From a virus (taxonomy: Duplodnaviria > Caudoviricetes), in the IMG/VR virus record IMGVR_UViG_3300031565_004587, positions 1 to 28,806 of that record: a stretch of DNA of 28,806 nt; one strand, written 5' to 3'. Both the position numbers and the translations under genes were made by a program. Positions 27,601-28,806 of this stretch are shown one piece after another. The stretch's first letter is position 1; the number at the start of each line of letters is the position of its first letter. The notes under the pieces were generated by a model. That model was not told the origin of the DNA and searched no databases. It saw only the letters and a program-made list of their open reading frames with translations.

Positions 27601-28806
27601 CTCTTCTGTGTATCCAGGAACTGTATTCTGTTCTATCCATTTATCAATAGTGGTTTTGTATTCATCACTAGTTCTAGATAATCCTTTATTATTAATAAGA
27701 TCATCTTCAAACGCACTTAATGCACTATTAAACGCTTCTTTCTTATCAACGTATTTATAATATTTGGATGTTCTTCTTCTATGGGCATTCAAAGCCTCAG
27801 CTTTAAGTAGATCATCGCCCGTTTTCATGGTACCATTGGCATTATGGATGGAGTAAAGCTGGGCATATTCCTTCCATCGCTCGGCCATGTTATCCGCCTC
27901 TTCAAAATTCTCATATTCAGAGAACATTAGATTAGCTTCTGCACTAATCTTAGCCAGAACTTCATTTCTTTCCAACCAAGCAGCTAATCCAATATCAGTC
28001 TTTAGTAACTCATCCTGTGCTTCATACACTTCTTTATCATAATCCTGCCACCAGAAATTGGTCTTCTCAGTAGATAATGCTTTATACGCTGTACGTAATA
28101 CTTCCTTAGCAGCTTTGATTTCCTGATCTGTTATAGCGTTAGTAACACCAGTTTTAGCTTCCTCGATCTTAACTTCAAGCTCTTTTATCTTCCATCGTCC
28201 ACTGATAGTCGGGGCTATAAAGGAAAGAACCTTTTTCTCAACAAATACACCATCTTTTTTCTCAAAAGTACTATCTTGAGATAAAGCAAAATCCCAAGTC
28301 TTCTCAAGATTTGTTCCTGTAATATCAAGCTCCTTAAGTAATGGTGATATCTTAGCCATAAAAGCCATTTCATTTCTAATAGCTTCTGCCTCAATATTAG
28401 AGATTGTATCTTTAATGAACTTAGCAAAACCACCTACAATAGGATCCGGATTAGTAGTATAAGATTCAAACATAGTTGACCACCAACTGGCGTCTCCTAT
28501 TTTACCTTGAAGCATATCTCTAACTTTATCCTTACTTAAATAAAACTTTTGATGTTTATCTGTAGCTGCCTTTAAAGCCTTTACTGCAGTTGCTTTCTTT
28601 ACCCCTGAAGAATTTGCTATAATACCCTCAAGTTCTTTTTTTCTAGCATTAAATTCGGTATCCCTTTTTTTATTGGATTCCTTTACCCATTCGTTATAAA
28701 TATTAACAGTACCCTCTTCTTGAATCTCTCCATACAATTCAAGACCAGTCTCGATATTATCACCCAGGTTGGCCATGAACTTCTTCATAGTACTATCCTG
28801 AGGGAT
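24652..28806 (-). CDS. Very large virion/ejection-type protein, 5'-truncated (>1380 aa)
   Basis: Frame is open to the window edge (IPQDST before M at 28788). Mostly helical with C-terminal hydrophobic segments (EVSTILIISAITSLMFG), resembling the giant internal proteins of crAss-like podoviruses. Confidence 0.65.
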   Translation of the reverse strand: MPQDSTMKKFMANLGDNIETGLELYGEIQEEGTVNIYNEWVKESNKKRDTEFNARKKELEGIIANSSGVKKATAVKALKAATDKHQKFYLSKDKVRDMLQGKIGDASWWSTMFESYTTNPDPIVGGFAKFIKDTISNIEAEAIRNEMAFMAKISPLLKELDITGTNLEKTWDFALSQDSTFEKKDGVFVEKKVLSFIAPTISGRWKIKELEVKIEEAKTGVTNAITDQEIKAAKEVLRTAYKALSTEKTNFWWQDYDKEVYEAQDELLKTDIGLAAWLERNEVLAKISAEANLMFSEYENFEEADNMAERWKEYAQLYSIHNANGTMKTGDDLLKAEALNAHRRRTSKYYKYVDKKEAFNSALSAFEDDLINNKGLSRTSDEYKTTIDKWIEQNTVPGYTEEYWNDVAKTFLRLDTWMANLPAGVKQKLDVSEEFTAMGSLVMGYKDALGQPDGSIVPEKKMIELKRVQEALIVKEEAIKKSGVLSTLSVEMREERAEIFDMLAQLRGKEATTHYIDQVNNLLDDIKGVPYAKLTASTAADFIRGKGIGDKREVPADKIMARSPEFEKWFMANHVRREYVNNDGDLVHNYQRLSAWSAPSPKLLSHLATFKYQVTNPTTGEVEEKTMTGRTPSMKYKTRVVRDQYRTIPYGMDVEERNKLYLGVRIDNKGNFLPKNKEDYAKKPARDITGKVIDSEYINEAYYKLQQTSPKHAELLQYLKEYHLANQKEIDYKSRLYLDLPRMRIGSQRNDTLEQIQSGRLVGEKVKTLKKLKEGVTAFAKGASREEVNALTREAGDFEEGTGDAAMDETLHSIDFMNSISEGSVIDRLPVSGTANMELEETSRDVLRVLNVYGLSAEKQRQFTKINHIAKAILNTVNNPKNKIKKDGIDMANGNSIKRKIFSKKDNEVQENIRASGMNALYNREFKGKIYSERHLDFLNKITGKLMKGASFSYFALNLPSATKNYWGALWQMRMLAAAGEHMSPGSYLKAKVWSISAQKDWMNHIYGGDNYTLNNQMLMFFDPLQGKLSEVFGSHASRSKEGDIASLSWMYSPRKFMELEAAFQLFGGMMIHKKVEKNVNGKIVEVPYMEAFEIDPVSKLMVLNKDIVDREYEVGGRKYLDFKNLIHEQSKHLNGAFANFESPQAQAHFTYRLVMFMRRYFTSMFMARFAKQRGSIITNDVTTGFYIESIKSISKIIGSYGHYINMMEPTEKAAMKKLLTEVSTILIISAITSLMFGYDDDDPDRWNKMKARSGAIGDENFHLDGFLANHLLVMLLKTSNENETFIPLPGFGLNDYTRMSTVTSVAFGPTITTYAQLLTDIAMHAAPGDDESLFYKRTTGPYPWQQKGSAKIWNHIFRTAGLTGSDVDIIKGGKSFTAMQSRF

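Noticed and set aside
500-28433. Short shadow ORFs in the track (e.g. 500-688, 1792-2106, 7230-7568, 11020-11310, 15196-15448, 24998-25198, 28215-28433)
   Set aside because: They lie antisense to or out of frame within well-supported genes and show no motifs.
1-28806. Stop-codon reassignment as in some crAss-like phages
   Set aside because: Long genes are intact in the standard code, and TAA, TGA and TAG all end genes at sensible junctions.
24652-28806. Virion RNA polymerase
   Set aside because: No DFDxD-type catalytic motif in the visible part; YDDDDPD follows a hydrophobic helix and looks like a loop. The missing N-terminus cannot be judged.
1-28806. tRNA, ncRNA, integrase or transposon
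   Set aside because: Intergenic gaps are tiny; no cloverleaf, recombinase or terminal repeats were recognised.

Overview
28.8 kb of a dense, AT-rich dsDNA phage genome, most likely a crAss-like or related phage of a Bacteroidota host. Host clues are Bacteroidota-type TTTG-N18-20-TAnnTTTG promoters, A-rich starts without Shine-Dalgarno sites, a Bacteroidota-type ClpS and a signal peptide cleaved before Gln. The + strand carries small early genes, ClpS, a WGR-fused ATP-dependent DNA ligase, uracil-DNA glycosylase, a Dda/RecD-like helicase and a replication/recombination block (stand-alone DnaA domain IV, initiator-like protein, DnaB, RecT-like, SSB-like, primase, GIY-YIG-like, PD-(D/E)XK nuclease, family B polymerase, DUF932, HNH, MazG-like). 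Two short minus-strand islands interrupt it, one being a holin/spanin-like trio. The window ends with a minus-strand GT31-like glycosyltransferase and a 5'-truncated giant virion-type protein. The best candidate for an undescribed system is the coupled five-gene unit at 13307-18036: a HEXXH-peptidase/vWA protein and a MoxR-type AAA+ ATPase, flanked by three paralogues of one unnamed helical domain. The ATPase carries a 78-residue insert whose sequence fits one long charge-complementary beta-hairpin. All calls come from manual motif reading; no searches were run.
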